Below, piece by piece: positions 63,193 to 64,000 of a stretch of 64,000 bases of DNA. Source of the stretch: Synechococcus sp. (GTDB taxonomy: Bacteria > Cyanobacteriota > Cyanobacteriia > PCC-6307 > Cyanobiaceae); the NCBI GenBank assembly GCA_047285305.1, contig JBJBDL010000003.1, forward strand, positions 1,184,001 to 1,248,000, written 5' to 3'. Both the position numbers and the translations under genes were made by a program. The notes under the pieces were generated by a model that was not told the DNA's origin, did not search any database, and saw only the letters and a program-made list of their open reading frames with translations. The stretch's first letter is position 1; each line of letters starts with the position of its first letter.

Positions 63193-63993
63193 CTACCAGA
63201 ACCTTGTGGCATCACCAAAAACATTATTCCCGAGAGAAGATGCGTTCCAGCTTGAGTCGGTAACGACTGCTTCTAAAGAACCAGAAGCAAAGATGCCCAG
63301 ACCATCGTCAATCTGACGGATCGAGAGTTCATCGGTTGCTACGCCAAGGATGGTGATTCGGTCTTCTTCTCCAAGGGAATTGATTGTGTCGGCGTTGGCA
63401 CCCTTGTGGAGCCTGCCCCATTCATAGTTGTGTGCGTGGTAGTCGGAGAGGATAAAAAGTTGATCGAAGTCGCCATCATCGTTGTTATTAAAGGTGTTTC
63501 TTCCGCCACCGCCATAAAGGATGTCTTCACCCTTGCCACCATCAAGAATGTCATGCCCATAGCCGCCTCTTAATTCATCATCTCCAAGGCCAGCATTCAT
63601 CACATCACGACCTCCACCACCACCGAGAAAATCATCACCATCTAGAGAGCTAAAATAATCGTGTGCCCAGGACTCTCCATTAGCGCCTTGAGAGCCAAGT
63701 AAGCGATCTGAGGCGTTGGTGCCGTAATAGGTATAGTCAACAGTGATCATTGTGGAAGGCGGGATCGGGCGAATGTCTTGATTGTTGTCGTCTCCAGCCA
63801 TGTGAATGCTGTGATTTTTCCCAAAGACATTCATAATATAATTCCGAGTTTTGTCTGCAGAGTAGGAGCTGTAAGAGGTGAATAATTGCTCAGGATTCAT
63901 GCGTCGATCATCAAATTGCAACCACTCAATATTCCTAAAAAAGTCAGCCGATCCATCTGGGCCAGACAGAAAGTAAAAGCTTCCTGTTTTCAT
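63193..63993 (-). CDS. RTX/hemolysin-type calcium-binding protein (possibly 5'-truncated by the window edge)
   Basis: Nonapeptides GGGGRDVMN, AGLGDDELR, GGYGHDILD, GGKGEDILY, GGGGRNTF; NIEWLQFDD; frame stays open to position 64000. Confidence 0.85.
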   Translation of the reverse strand: MKTGSFYFLSGPDGSADFFRNIEWLQFDDRRMNPEQLFTSYSSYSADKTRNYIMNVFGKNHSIHMAGDDNNQDIRPIPPSTMITVDYTYYGTNASDRLLGSQGANGESWAHDYFSSLDGDDFLGGGGGRDVMNAGLGDDELRGGYGHDILDGGKGEDILYGGGGRNTFNNNDDGDFDQLFILSDYHAHNYEWGRLHKGANADTINSLGEEDRITILGVATDELSIRQIDDGLGIFASGSLEAVVTDSSWNASSLGNNVFGDATRFW

Positions 63994-64000
63994 ATTTTGA

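Larger units (their letters stand above)
59504..64000. mobile_element. tRNA-Ala-anchored genomic island / decayed integrative element (runs off the window)
   Basis: Abrupt loss of core genes, integrase-like N-terminus directly after the tRNA, short repeats, visibly AT-rich cargo. Confidence 0.8.

Noticed and set aside
59504..64000. Duplicated tRNA-Ala 3' end (attR core), and anti-phage defence genes
   Set aside because: Neither was found by eye within the window; they may lie beyond position 64000.

Overview
The window looks like core chromosome of a GC-rich marine picocyanobacterium (Synechococcus-like). This is inferred from gene content and order: ftn2/ARC6, sodN-sodX, a phycobiliprotein lyase, ThiD2-ThiE and a cyanobacterial LexA box. 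Positions 1-59503 are dense housekeeping sequence: hemW, panB, SRP RNA, ftsZ/ftsQ/ddl, miaB, an epimerase + DUF1611 pair, folC/argD/murA, lpdA, trpC, a Ni-SOD cluster, lnt, mnmA, nnr, a group-2 sigma factor, pdhA, ffh, rpsP, phoH, era, fused trmD-ispF, larB, thiSE, ribF, surE, pheS, nadK, cbiET, a GH116 hydrolase, ribD, SRAP, ftsH, argF, lexA and four tRNAs. An accessory island starts right after tRNA-Ala(GGC) at 59504 and runs to the window edge. It holds a chimeric integrase-N/helicase-C-like ORF, 12-bp-spaced TGCTCTAAA repeats that recur inverted 3.1 kb away, AT-rich glycosyltransferase and methyltransferase cargo, an HTH/small-terminase-like gene and an RTX protein. I read it as a decayed tRNA-targeting satellite/tycheposon-like element. 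I also found things the ORF track hides or misframes: a probable ndhQ, a 45-aa ORF, a probable CTG start for a SpoU methylase, an AraC relic and a shortened sulfotransferase. All family assignments come from motif recognition by eye; no database search was run.
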